From: Candidatus Omnitrophota bacterium
Lineage (GTDB): Bacteria; Omnitrophota; Gorgyraeia; JABMRG01
Assembly: GCA_013202935.1 (NCBI GenBank)
Contig: JABMRG010000093.1
Coordinates: forward strand, 1 to 35,609
Direction: 5' to 3'
Length of the DNA: 35,609 nucleotides
The notes under the pieces were generated by a model, which was not told where the DNA came from, ran no database searches, and saw only the letters and a program-made list of their open reading frames with translations. Within the stretch, counting starts at the first letter, position 1; the number at the start of each line of letters is the position of its first letter. Below, one piece after another: positions 1 through 7,746 of the stretch. The position numbers were made by a program, and so were the translations under genes.

Positions 1-126
1 AAGTAAACTGTCCCCAGACTTGTTGGTAAGTGAAGTGTCCCCATGCTTGTAGCAAAAGTGTAATGGTCAACTACATAACATAATACTGTATAATAGGTTA
101 TGAGCGAGTGAAACGTTCCCTTTTTT
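1..126 (+). repeat. Modular intergenic repeat, copy 1: extra head box 3-16, head box 30-43 GTGAAGTGTCCCCA, box2 54-63 AAAAGTGTAA, tail box 96-120 GGTTATGAGCGAGTGAAACGTTCCC, T-run 121-126. May continue beyond the window edge.
   Basis: Hand alignment with 19676-19771 (+) and the reverse complement of 19561-19650. The same three boxes recur in the same order with conserved spacing while the spacers diverge. The tail box is 25/25 identical to the reverse complement of 19561-19585. Confidence 0.8.
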
Positions 127-140
127 GTTCCTTTTTTTGC

Positions 141-169
141 TTGATTATATTTGGTAATTATGTTATATA
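141..169 (+). promoter_or_regulatory. Candidate sigma70-type promoter for the GH94 gene (TTGATT-N17-TATATA)
   Basis: TTGATT 141-146, 17-nt spacer, TATATA 164-169, about 40 nt upstream of the ATG at 209. The AT-rich background makes chance matches likely. Confidence 0.3.
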
Positions 170-208
170 TTTAGTCTAATACTATTGAAAGGAGAATCTG
201 CAACGGCA

Positions 209-2641
209 ATGAATCTAAAAAGATACGGACACTTTTCAAAAGACGGCACTGAATTTATTATTACAAACCCAAACACGCCCCGCCCATGGATAAACTATCT
301 TACTAACGAAGATTATTGTTCTATTATCTCGCACAATGCAGGCGGATATAGCTTCTATAAAGACTGCCGCACTGATAGGATATTGCGCTGGGCTCCTGAA
401 AACTGGCATTTTGACAGGCCGGGCCGCTATATGTATGTAAGGGATAAGCAGACAAAGAAGTGCTGGTCAGCATCATACCAGCCTATGCGTGTAAAACCCC
501 AGTTTTATGAGGCCCGCCATGGATTAGGATATACCATTACCAACACAACCTACAATGGTATAAATATAAAGATTACCTTCTTTGTTCCAGAGCATGATAC
601 CTGCGAGATATGGCTGGTAACCGCCACTAACAAAACAGGTAAAAAGAGAAATTTAGAACTCTTCCCATATGTAGAGTGGCTTATGGGTGATTACCACCAG
701 GAATTGCGTTACCGTAATATCATGAACCTCTATAACCGCATCTGTTATAACAAGCCTAATAAGGCTATCTTTGCAAAAAAGACCGCTTTCTGGGGTGATA
801 TGCATATAAAGCCATTCCCATATATAGATTTTCTGGCTTCAAGCCTTGCTGTTTCAGGCTATGCTACGCAGAAGGACGAATTTTTAGGAAGGGGCAATAC
901 TGAAGAAGCTCCCGAGTCTGTTATAAGTGGCAATTTCAAGAATTTTGAATTTGCCTCCGGCGAAGATGGGATCGCCTGCTTAAAACACAACCTTACCCTT
1001 TTGCCTAAATCATCAAAAGAGTTTACAGTTATACTCGGCCAGACTGATAAGGACGATCACCTTTCAGAGCTTCTTAAAAAATACCGCAACACTAAAAGAG
1101 CAAAGCAGGAGCTTGAGAAGGTAAAGGCCTTATGGCGCAGCAGGGTCCTTGATAATATAGAGATTGAGACCCCTGATAAGGATTTTAATCTTATGATGAA
1201 TATCTGGGTGAAGTATCAGGTCTATATCTGTAACTTCTGGTCACGTTCACCGAGTTATTATCATGAGGGCGCAGGCGGACGGGGTTATCGCGACTCCTGT
1301 CAGGATGCGGAAAGTATTATGTCTATAGACTTAGCTCATGCAAAGAAAAAGATAAAGCAGCTGGTCTCTCTTATAAGGCGGGATGGAACATGCGCACCAG
1401 GATTTTCAGATACGACCGGCCCTGCAAAACACCGCCCCAATAAAGACCACCCTGCATGGCTTACGTATACAGTAGCCTCATATATAAAAGAGACAGGCGA
1501 CAAGGATATACTAAAAGAGTATGCGCCCTACTTAAAAGATAAGTGGATAAACGGTTGGGATGTCGATCCAGATTTTAAAGGCGGAAGCTGTATTGATGGA
1601 GAAGGTACTATATTTGAACATCTTGAAAAGAACCTAAACTATACCTTTAATGACGTCGGGCCCAAAGGCCTGCCTCTGATAGGCCATGCTGACTGGAATG
1701 ATGCCATAGATGCAGCAGGCATAAAGCTTAAAGGCGAAAGTGTCTGGCTCGCCATGGCATTGGTAAGAAGCCTGAAGATGCTTGCAGAACTTGCTCTCTT
1801 AGTCGGAAAAAGCCAAAAAGCAGATGAGCTCTTAAATAAGGCGAAAACAATGTCTAGCAGGATAAACGATATAGCCTGGGATGGCGCATGGTATAAACGT
1901 GGTTTTACTGATGATGGCACACCATATGGCTCACGTAAGGATAAAGAAGGAAAGATATATATAAATGCGCAATCCTGGTCTATCCTCTCCGGAGTGATCA
2001 GTAAGGAGAGACAAAAGAAGGTGCTTGCATCTGTTGATAAATACTTAGATGGGCCTCACGGCATAGCGCTCTTTTCACCCGCATACTCAAAGTGGGATCC
2101 TAAGCTTGGCAGGATAAGCATGTTTTCAGAAGGCACTAAGGAGAACGCCGCTATCTTTTGCCATGCTGTAACGTTCCAGGTAGTAGCGGAATGTATTGCA
2201 GGCAGAGGCACAAAGGCATATCAGTCTATGAAAAAGATAATGCCAAGCTGCCAAAAAAACTATGATCTTTACAAGACAGAGCCTTATGTATATGCTGAAT
2301 ATCTGGTAGGGCCAGAACACCCTTACTTATATGGCGAAGGTGCCTTTACCTGGATAACTGGAAATGCTGGTTGGAATTTCCTGGCTGCTACTGAATGGCT
2401 GCTTGGTGCAAAGAGGGATTATGAAGGTTTAAGAATAGACCCCTGTATACCCAAATCCTGGAAAAAGTGCAAGATTACCAGGCCATTTAGAGGTGCTACC
2501 TACGAAATCACCATTAAAAACCCTAAATCTAAGGAAAAGGGCGTGAAAAGAGTTCTTGTCGATGGAGAAGAGATAAACGGCACATTAATATATCCCCACA
2601 AGGACAAAAAGGTGCATAAGATAGAAGTTCTTATGGGATAA
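209..2641 (+). CDS. GH94-family glycan phosphorylase (cellobiose/chitobiose phosphorylase-like), cytoplasmic
   Basis: Long ORF. I prefer the ATG at 209 (GGAG at 191-194) over the TTG at 185. The translation matches remembered cellobiose phosphorylase sequences end to end: N-terminal TPRPWINYL..AGGYSFY, GRGYRDSCQD, catalytic-loop GHADWNDA, EGTKENAAIFCHA, C-terminal RPFRGATYEITIKNP...HKIEVLMG. No signal peptide. Substrate specificity cannot be read from the sequence. Confidence 0.9.
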   Translation: MNLKRYGHFSKDGTEFIITNPNTPRPWINYLTNEDYCSIISHNAGGYSFYKDCRTDRILRWAPENWHFDRPGRYMYVRDKQTKKCWSASYQPMRVKPQFYEARHGLGYTITNTTYNGINIKITFFVPEHDTCEIWLVTATNKTGKKRNLELFPYVEWLMGDYHQELRYRNIMNLYNRICYNKPNKAIFAKKTAFWGDMHIKPFPYIDFLASSLAVSGYATQKDEFLGRGNTEEAPESVISGNFKNFEFASGEDGIACLKHNLTLLPKSSKEFTVILGQTDKDDHLSELLKKYRNTKRAKQELEKVKALWRSRVLDNIEIETPDKDFNLMMNIWVKYQVYICNFWSRSPSYYHEGAGGRGYRDSCQDAESIMSIDLAHAKKKIKQLVSLIRRDGTCAPGFSDTTGPAKHRPNKDHPAWLTYTVASYIKETGDKDILKEYAPYLKDKWINGWDVDPDFKGGSCIDGEGTIFEHLEKNLNYTFNDVGPKGLPLIGHADWNDAIDAAGIKLKGESVWLAMALVRSLKMLAELALLVGKSQKADELLNKAKTMSSRINDIAWDGAWYKRGFTDDGTPYGSRKDKEGKIYINAQSWSILSGVISKERQKKVLASVDKYLDGPHGIALFSPAYSKWDPKLGRISMFSEGTKENAAIFCHAVTFQVVAECIAGRGTKAYQSMKKIMPSCQKNYDLYKTEPYVYAEYLVGPEHPYLYGEGAFTWITGNAGWNFLAATEWLLGAKRDYEGLRIDPCIPKSWKKCKITRPFRGATYEITIKNPKSKEKGVKRVLVDGEEINGTLIYPHKDKKVHKIEVLMG

Positions 2642-2653
2642 GGCTTATTTTTC

Positions 2654-2681
2654 TTGACTTTTTTCTTATCTATAGTATAAT
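2654..2681 (+). promoter_or_regulatory. Promoter-like TTGACT-N16-TATAAT immediately after the GH94 stop (function uncertain)
   Basis: TTGACT 2654-2659, TATAAT 2676-2681. It is followed by a weak 5-bp hairpin (GCCTC 2688-2692 / GAGGC 2700-2704) and a T-rich run, so it may simply lie in the GH94 3' end or terminator region. Confidence 0.25.
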
Positions 2682-2790
2682 ATAAGAGCCTCCCAAAAAG
2701 AGGCCTTTTCTCTTTAAAACTCAATAAAATATTTCGGTGGGATGAAAATCAGTGGGTTTTTTTAAATATTTAAAAAATATTTAAAAAAGG

Positions 2791-2819
2791 TTGACAAAAG
2801 TAGGTTTTTATGGTATACT
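2791..2819 (+). promoter_or_regulatory. Strong sigma70-type promoter of the surface locus (TTGACA-N17-TATACT with TG extended -10)
   Basis: TTGACA 2791-2796, 17-nt spacer, TGG-TATACT 2811-2819, A-rich upstream tract. 24/30 nt identical to the promoter at 15120-15149. Confidence 0.6.
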
Positions 2820-3127
2820 TATTACACAGTAGGGAATATATTAACTCTAATAGTAGTATAGAGTTATGGAAAATACTAGGAACGGTTAACATGTCAAACC
2901 TAGGGGGCTAGCTATATACGCATATACTATAATATCAATCCAATTATAATTAATCAACATCTTATATTAAGGAGGTGGTTTATCTACTTATAATTATGTT
3001 AGTAAAAGTGGAAATAATCAAAAACGTATAACAAATAACCAATGAATGAAAATAGGAAAAGGAGGAAAGAAAGATGAAATTTCCTAAATTATTCGAAAAA
3101 AATCTAATACGAAAGGAGGTGGAAAAG

Positions 3128-3970
3128 ATGAAGAAGTTGTTATCACTTTTAGTGGCTATCGTGATGGTAGCCTCCACAAGCGGTACGGCATTGGCAGCTT
3201 TTACGTCTGACGGTACTGAGGCATTTACAGCAAGTAGTGGTAGTGTTGGCGGAACTGCTGGTATAAGTGAGCCATTTAGCGCAACATTGAAAAACCTTAG
3301 TGACGATGCAACAGCAACTGATGTTGCCTGGACAGGTGTTGATGCTGGCGATGGTTGGGAAACAGCTGATCAGTATATCGAAGTTACTGGTTTTGCGACA
3401 TACAGCAATTGGGGTATTCAGACATATACAGACAACGAGGATGTTTCAGCAAGCCCGCAGTATACAGGAACAAATAATCCAGCTGGTCTTGTAAGGACAG
3501 ACAGCACAATCTACAACCTACCTGTGTGCTGGAGAACCAAGGCAGGATACTATGATCCAGTTGCAGCAACCTATAGCGATCCTGGTTCTGCTGCTGCTAG
3601 CTCAGAAGAGTTGGAGATAATCCAAGGAAGAGATGGTAACTACACCGTGCTCTATGATGGAGTAACAGGCCATGCGCCAGGTGGAACAGACCCTTATTTT
3701 CCATGGTTCTTTATACTGGATAAGGGTACTGACGATGTAGATGTTACAACTACCGGAGATCAGGCATTTGACGACTATCAGGTAGATGCTACATTTATCG
3801 GATCAGCAGGTTATCACCATGCACCGGGTGCTAGTGAACCACTCAACTTTGCTACACCAAACCACCCGCAGGATAAGTACTATATTTACCTTGGTGCTAA
3901 CTTTACTCTGGCTATACCGGCAAAAACGTATACTACTAACATGTTAACTGTGGAGATGTACCATCTTTAA
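3128..3970 (+). CDS. Protein A: secreted protein of unknown family (candidate major structural subunit of the locus)
   Basis: ATG at 3128 is preceded by AGGAGG (3114-3119). Classic signal peptide MKKLLSLLVAIVMVASTSGTALA|AF. An alternative in-frame ATG at 3074 (GGAGG 3061-3065) would add 18 charged residues. The protein is G/T/S/D/A-rich with no Cys-pair or pilin motif. It is paralogous to residues ~44-311 of the next ORF. Confidence 0.7.
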   Translation: MKKLLSLLVAIVMVASTSGTALAAFTSDGTEAFTASSGSVGGTAGISEPFSATLKNLSDDATATDVAWTGVDAGDGWETADQYIEVTGFATYSNWGIQTYTDNEDVSASPQYTGTNNPAGLVRTDSTIYNLPVCWRTKAGYYDPVAATYSDPGSAAASSEELEIIQGRDGNYTVLYDGVTGHAPGGTDPYFPWFFILDKGTDDVDVTTTGDQAFDDYQVDATFIGSAGYHHAPGASEPLNFATPNHPQDKYYIYLGANFTLAIPAKTYTTNMLTVEMYHL

Positions 3971-3990
3971 TATATAAGATTTTATCCTGG

Positions 3991-4021
3991 TCCTGCCTGA
4001 TGCCTTTTTGGTCAGGCAGGA
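3991..4021 (+). promoter_or_regulatory. Intercistronic GC-rich stem-loop between A and B (10-bp perfect stem, no U-tract)
   Basis: TCCTGCCTGA 3991-4000 pairs with TCAGGCAGGA 4012-4021, with an 11-nt loop. It is part of a larger set of GGCAGGAC / GTCCTGCC repeats spanning 3972-4098. Confidence 0.6.
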
Positions 4022-4139
4022 ATAAGAGGATACATCTTGTGGATCGGGCAGGACTATAGCAGTATAACTGCCGGTAGGCAGGACCGGGAATCTTATATAT
4101 TATTGATGTGTATAGTTATTTAAAGACAAGGAGTAAAAA

Positions 4140-6941
4140 ATGTACTCTATTTATAAGAGTACTACAATTCGGATATGTATACTGATAGGCTGCCTGCTTC
4201 TTTTAGGGTCTGATAAGGTTGAGGCAGCAGGCAAGGCTGCAGCTCGTGTTATAAACACATCAGGCGGGCAGGTTAATGTCGCAGTTAAGAATATAAGCGA
4301 TGATCAACCTGCTGCCGGAGGGCTTATAACCTGGAGCAATATAGAAGCAGGCTTGACTGGCTGGAAAGCCGCTGACCAGTATTTAGAGATATCCCATTCA
4401 GACCTTTCTACTGGCTGGGGCATACAATTTTATACTGACAACGAAGATGGCTCAGCCAATCCAAAATATACCGGAAGTGCAAACCCGGCAGGGCTTATAA
4501 AGACAGGCAATACCTCGATCGTGCTACCTATGGCATGGCGCATGACCGATTCTCTTCTATCGACAGCAGACCTGGAAGATATACAGTTACGTCTTGGTGG
4601 GGAAGGCTTTACTGATTACATGTGGCGCTTCCTAAAGGATAAAAATACCCCGGATGAAAGTCTAATTGGCACAGATGTACGAATAACCGGGTTTAGCCTC
4701 GACCCCATAGTTATTACATTTAATAACGTAACCGGTGTCTTAAGCTATGATATTGAGAGGTGTACGGATTTAATGTCTGGTATATGGGAGCTTGTAGAAA
4801 GTGATTATCCTGCGCAAAGTGGTACGCAGACAGAATGGACAGATCCAGATTCTCTCCCCATCGCTTTTTACAGAGTAAAGGTTGCGGATGCTGTGAGCCT
4901 TATTGATGGAGAGGATTATATCACACTGTGGAACCAGTCAGGTATAGCATGGCATGAATTAGCAAGGGGCCATAATCCTGAAAAAGCGTATGTATATCTG
5001 ACCGCAAAGTTTGATGTAGCTTTAGTGGGTGCGACATATCAGACATCGACCTTAACAGTAGAGTCGTATCATGGAATTTCACAATTTCCGTTTTATGTAT
5101 ATCAGGAAGGCGCACCTGCCATGCAGATGGCGTATGAGCATATAAATGAAAAGATGGACCAGTATTTTCAAACAGGCGAGAAGCGCCTTATAGAAAGTTA
5201 TTCTGATCCATATCCGCCCGGCCCATCGGGTTCTTTAGAAGGTGTTGCGTTTACATATGACAATGCCCTTGCTATATGTGCCTACATGGCAAGACCTACT
5301 GAAGAGAATCTCTCCCGAGCAAGGCTTCTGATAACAAGCCTTATCTGGGCGCAGAATAATGATAGCTTTGCAGACGGAAGATTAAGAGATGCATATGATG
5401 CTACGCAGGAATTTACAGGTTCAGTACCACCTTTAACAGGTACTATGTTTGATAGGTCATACACAGGAAATATTGCCTGGGCTATAAACGCGTTATGCCA
5501 GTATTACAAGAATGCGCCAAATGCCGGTGTAACAGATACAGCCTTTTTAGCAGAGGTACTTCAGGCTGCAGAGGATGCGGGTGATTTTATTCACGCAAAC
5601 TTCTATGATAGCTCGCAGTCCGGTTACTATCTTGGCTTTAACTCAGATGGCACTACCCTAGATGAGTCTAAGTCGACAGAGCATAATATAGCAACCTATG
5701 TTGCATTTTCGCATCTTTATGATATTACAGGTACCGGCAAATGGCTTACAAGGGCCAACAGGGCAAAAGATTTTGTACAGACTATAGCATGGGTTGCTGC
5801 TGACGATAGATATATTTGTGGCTTAAACTCAGATGGTAGCGAGAATACAGATAGTCTTGTTGCAGATGTAAACCTTCTTGCAGTCTTAGCTCTAGGTGAT
5901 GCGCAAAGAGCTGATAATGATATCTCAGAGACAATAGAGTATGTTAAAGAGACCTTTGAGACTGAAGAGGGAGTTGCAGACTCAATATCAATAGAAGGTA
6001 TAGATTTCGGATATAATATATATAATAGCCCAATAGAGCCTGATGGCATCTGGTTTGAAGGAACCGCGCAGCTTGCGCAGGCATATAAGGTAGCTGGCAA
6101 CTATGGTCTTACCGATAATTCTGACACCTATCTTGAGTCTATAAAACTAGCACAATATCATGATTTCTGGACTGAAGACTACAACGAAAATTTAACCTCA
6201 AATTATAAAGGTATTCCAGCAGCATCAAAACCAGTAGCAGAAAATGGAACAGATGGCGGCATAACAACAGGGCTTGACTACTCTTATTTTGCAAGCGCCC
6301 ATATAGCACCTACAGCATGGTTTGTGGCTACGACACTAGACTATAATATGCTCTGGGGCAGCGCATTAGATGCTGATGTTCCTTCTCCAGGAGACAATAT
6401 AAACTTTACAGCAGACCCAGCTACTCTAATTAATGATAATACATATTTAGAGAACCGCTATATGCCATCCGGATGGATGAATGTTTCAGATAATATGTAT
6501 ACAGACCCAAGAAGCACTGATACAGACTATGGAGATACCTGTTTCAAGATACATTTTACCGGTACCGCAGGAAGCAATGATCAGTACTGGTGTGGCCTGG
6601 TATGGCAGGAACCGGAAGGCGAATGGAATGGGGGAGTTAATAAGGGCTATGACCTGACAGGCGCTACGGAAATGAAATTTAGGGCAAAGGCAAGCGAGGA
6701 TACTCTCGTAAGATTCTATTTAGGATATGCGGGCGATTCATGCAGCATTATACCAATAAATGCTATCGAACAATTTAGGAGCCTTAATACCAGCTGGCAA
6801 GATATAACATTGAGTTTGGAAGACCCCGAGCAGCCAGGCGTTATGCTTGATATGTCGCATGTATCTAATGGCTTTACTATTGTCGCAGGCTCAGAAGAAG
6901 TAGATGTATATATAGATGATATAAGGTATACTTCTGACTAA
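4140..6941 (+). CDS. Protein B: exported 933-aa multidomain protein with an A-like N-terminal domain, a helical-repeat (alpha/alpha-toroid-like, glycosidase-like) region and a C-terminal CBM-like beta-sandwich
   Basis: AAGGAG at 4128-4133 lies 6 nt before the ATG. Hydrophobic N-terminus with a possible lipobox (ILIGC) or cleavage after VEA. Residues 78-134 are 32/57 identical (ungapped) to protein A residues 80-136. The centre has repeated helix-pair motifs (AFTYDNALAICAY, NIAWAINALCQYY, STEHNIATYVAFSHLY, VNLLAVLALGD). The C-terminus (...CFKIHFTG..YWCGLVWQ..MKFRAK..VYIDDIRYT) looks like a galactose-binding-like/CBM fold. Confidence 0.6.
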   Translation: MYSIYKSTTIRICILIGCLLLLGSDKVEAAGKAAARVINTSGGQVNVAVKNISDDQPAAGGLITWSNIEAGLTGWKAADQYLEISHSDLSTGWGIQFYTDNEDGSANPKYTGSANPAGLIKTGNTSIVLPMAWRMTDSLLSTADLEDIQLRLGGEGFTDYMWRFLKDKNTPDESLIGTDVRITGFSLDPIVITFNNVTGVLSYDIERCTDLMSGIWELVESDYPAQSGTQTEWTDPDSLPIAFYRVKVADAVSLIDGEDYITLWNQSGIAWHELARGHNPEKAYVYLTAKFDVALVGATYQTSTLTVESYHGISQFPFYVYQEGAPAMQMAYEHINEKMDQYFQTGEKRLIESYSDPYPPGPSGSLEGVAFTYDNALAICAYMARPTEENLSRARLLITSLIWAQNNDSFADGRLRDAYDATQEFTGSVPPLTGTMFDRSYTGNIAWAINALCQYYKNAPNAGVTDTAFLAEVLQAAEDAGDFIHANFYDSSQSGYYLGFNSDGTTLDESKSTEHNIATYVAFSHLYDITGTGKWLTRANRAKDFVQTIAWVAADDRYICGLNSDGSENTDSLVADVNLLAVLALGDAQRADNDISETIEYVKETFETEEGVADSISIEGIDFGYNIYNSPIEPDGIWFEGTAQLAQAYKVAGNYGLTDNSDTYLESIKLAQYHDFWTEDYNENLTSNYKGIPAASKPVAENGTDGGITTGLDYSYFASAHIAPTAWFVATTLDYNMLWGSALDADVPSPGDNINFTADPATLINDNTYLENRYMPSGWMNVSDNMYTDPRSTDTDYGDTCFKIHFTGTAGSNDQYWCGLVWQEPEGEWNGGVNKGYDLTGATEMKFRAKASEDTLVRFYLGYAGDSCSIIPINAIEQFRSLNTSWQDITLSLEDPEQPGVMLDMSHVSNGFTIVAGSEEVDVYIDDIRYTSD

Positions 6942-6958
6942 AATATGAGGAAGGCAAG

Positions 6959-7735
6959 ATGAGAGTCTTTAATATACTGTTTATAGCAATGATGATTATG
7001 GCAACAGCAGCAGCTAATGCTGAGGCAGGGGTATTAGTTACCCCTGATAGGCATATTCTGGAACTTTCACCTGGTGAAGAAAAAGCAGTCGAATATCAGA
7101 TATATAATTCTGGCCCCGACGATCTACACATAACAGTAGACCCTAAAGCGTGGGCAGGCACAAAGGATACAAGATTCTGGATATCCTTAAAAGAAGACAT
7201 GATTGAATTAAAGGCAAACGACACAAAACCACTTAAGGTTACTGTCACTGCCCCGGCAGATGTTAAAGGGGAGATGCTGGCAATGCTGTTTCTCTGTTAT
7301 AAGGAATCAGAAGACTCTGCCTTAAATATAAGGAACGGCATTCCGCTTTATCTTATTATAGAGGGCACAAAAGAGTATGGAGCAGAGATAAAAGATGTAG
7401 GCCTTATATATAAGAAAGAAGCAAAAAAGAAAGATCTAAACCTTGATATCGAGGTTCAAAATACAGGCAATGTGCATATAGTTCCTGATATCAAAGTATC
7501 TATAACGGATGAGAAAGACAAAGAGGTAAAGAGGTTCGTTTTAGAAGAGGCAAAGACCCTACTCCGAGGGCAAGACCATACGTTTTCGCTTATCTGGAGA
7601 TATCCAGGCCTCTCGAATGGGGATTATAAAGTAGTAGCGGAGATAGTATATGGTGATAAGTTGGAGAAGATACGACATATATCAGCATTTAGTTTTAAAG
7701 ATGGAGATATAAAGGTAATAAAGGATGGAGCTTGA
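6959..7735 (+). CDS. Protein C: periplasmic two-domain Ig-like protein, PapD-like chaperone candidate
   Basis: GAGGAAGG lies before the ATG. Signal peptide ...TAAANAEA|GV. The size (258 aa) and N-terminal pattern [29 protein letters not shown] resemble PapD-type fimbrial chaperones (remembered PapD: SLDRTRAVFDGSEKSMTLDISN). The second half ([23 protein letters not shown]) looks like a second beta-sandwich. A plain CARDB/NEW3-type domain pair is an alternative. Confidence 0.4.
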   Translation: MRVFNILFIAMMIMATAAANAEAGVLVTPDRHILELSPGEEKAVEYQIYNSGPDDLHITVDPKAWAGTKDTRFWISLKEDMIELKANDTKPLKVTVTAPADVKGEMLAMLFLCYKESEDSALNIRNGIPLYLIIEGTKEYGAEIKDVGLIYKKEAKKKDLNLDIEVQNTGNVHIVPDIKVSITDEKDKEVKRFVLEEAKTLLRGQDHTFSLIWRYPGLSNGDYKVVAEIVYGDKLEKIRHISAFSFKDGDIKVIKDGA

Positions 7736-7746
7736 GGGATAATATT

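Noticed and set aside
185-208. Upstream non-ATG starts suggested by the ORF track: TTG 185 for GH94, TTG 7732 for D, TTG 19770 for the deacetylase, GTG 31038 for secA, ATG 25868 for rpsT
   Set aside because: In each case a downstream ATG has better SD spacing and/or gives the conserved family N-terminus ([41 protein letters not shown]). The start of D remains the least certain.
1639-1920. Short antisense or alternative-frame ORFs in the six-frame track that lie inside long well-supported genes. Examples: 1639-1920(-), 2126-2320(-), 5717-6100(-), 12574-12960(-), 17982-18296(-), 21284-21691(-), 24868-25347(-), 25884-26243(-), 32334-32801(-).
   Set aside because: Each is fully embedded in a longer ORF with recognisable motifs or a coherent signal peptide. 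None has a Shine-Dalgarno sequence or a recognisable motif. They are typical shadow ORFs.
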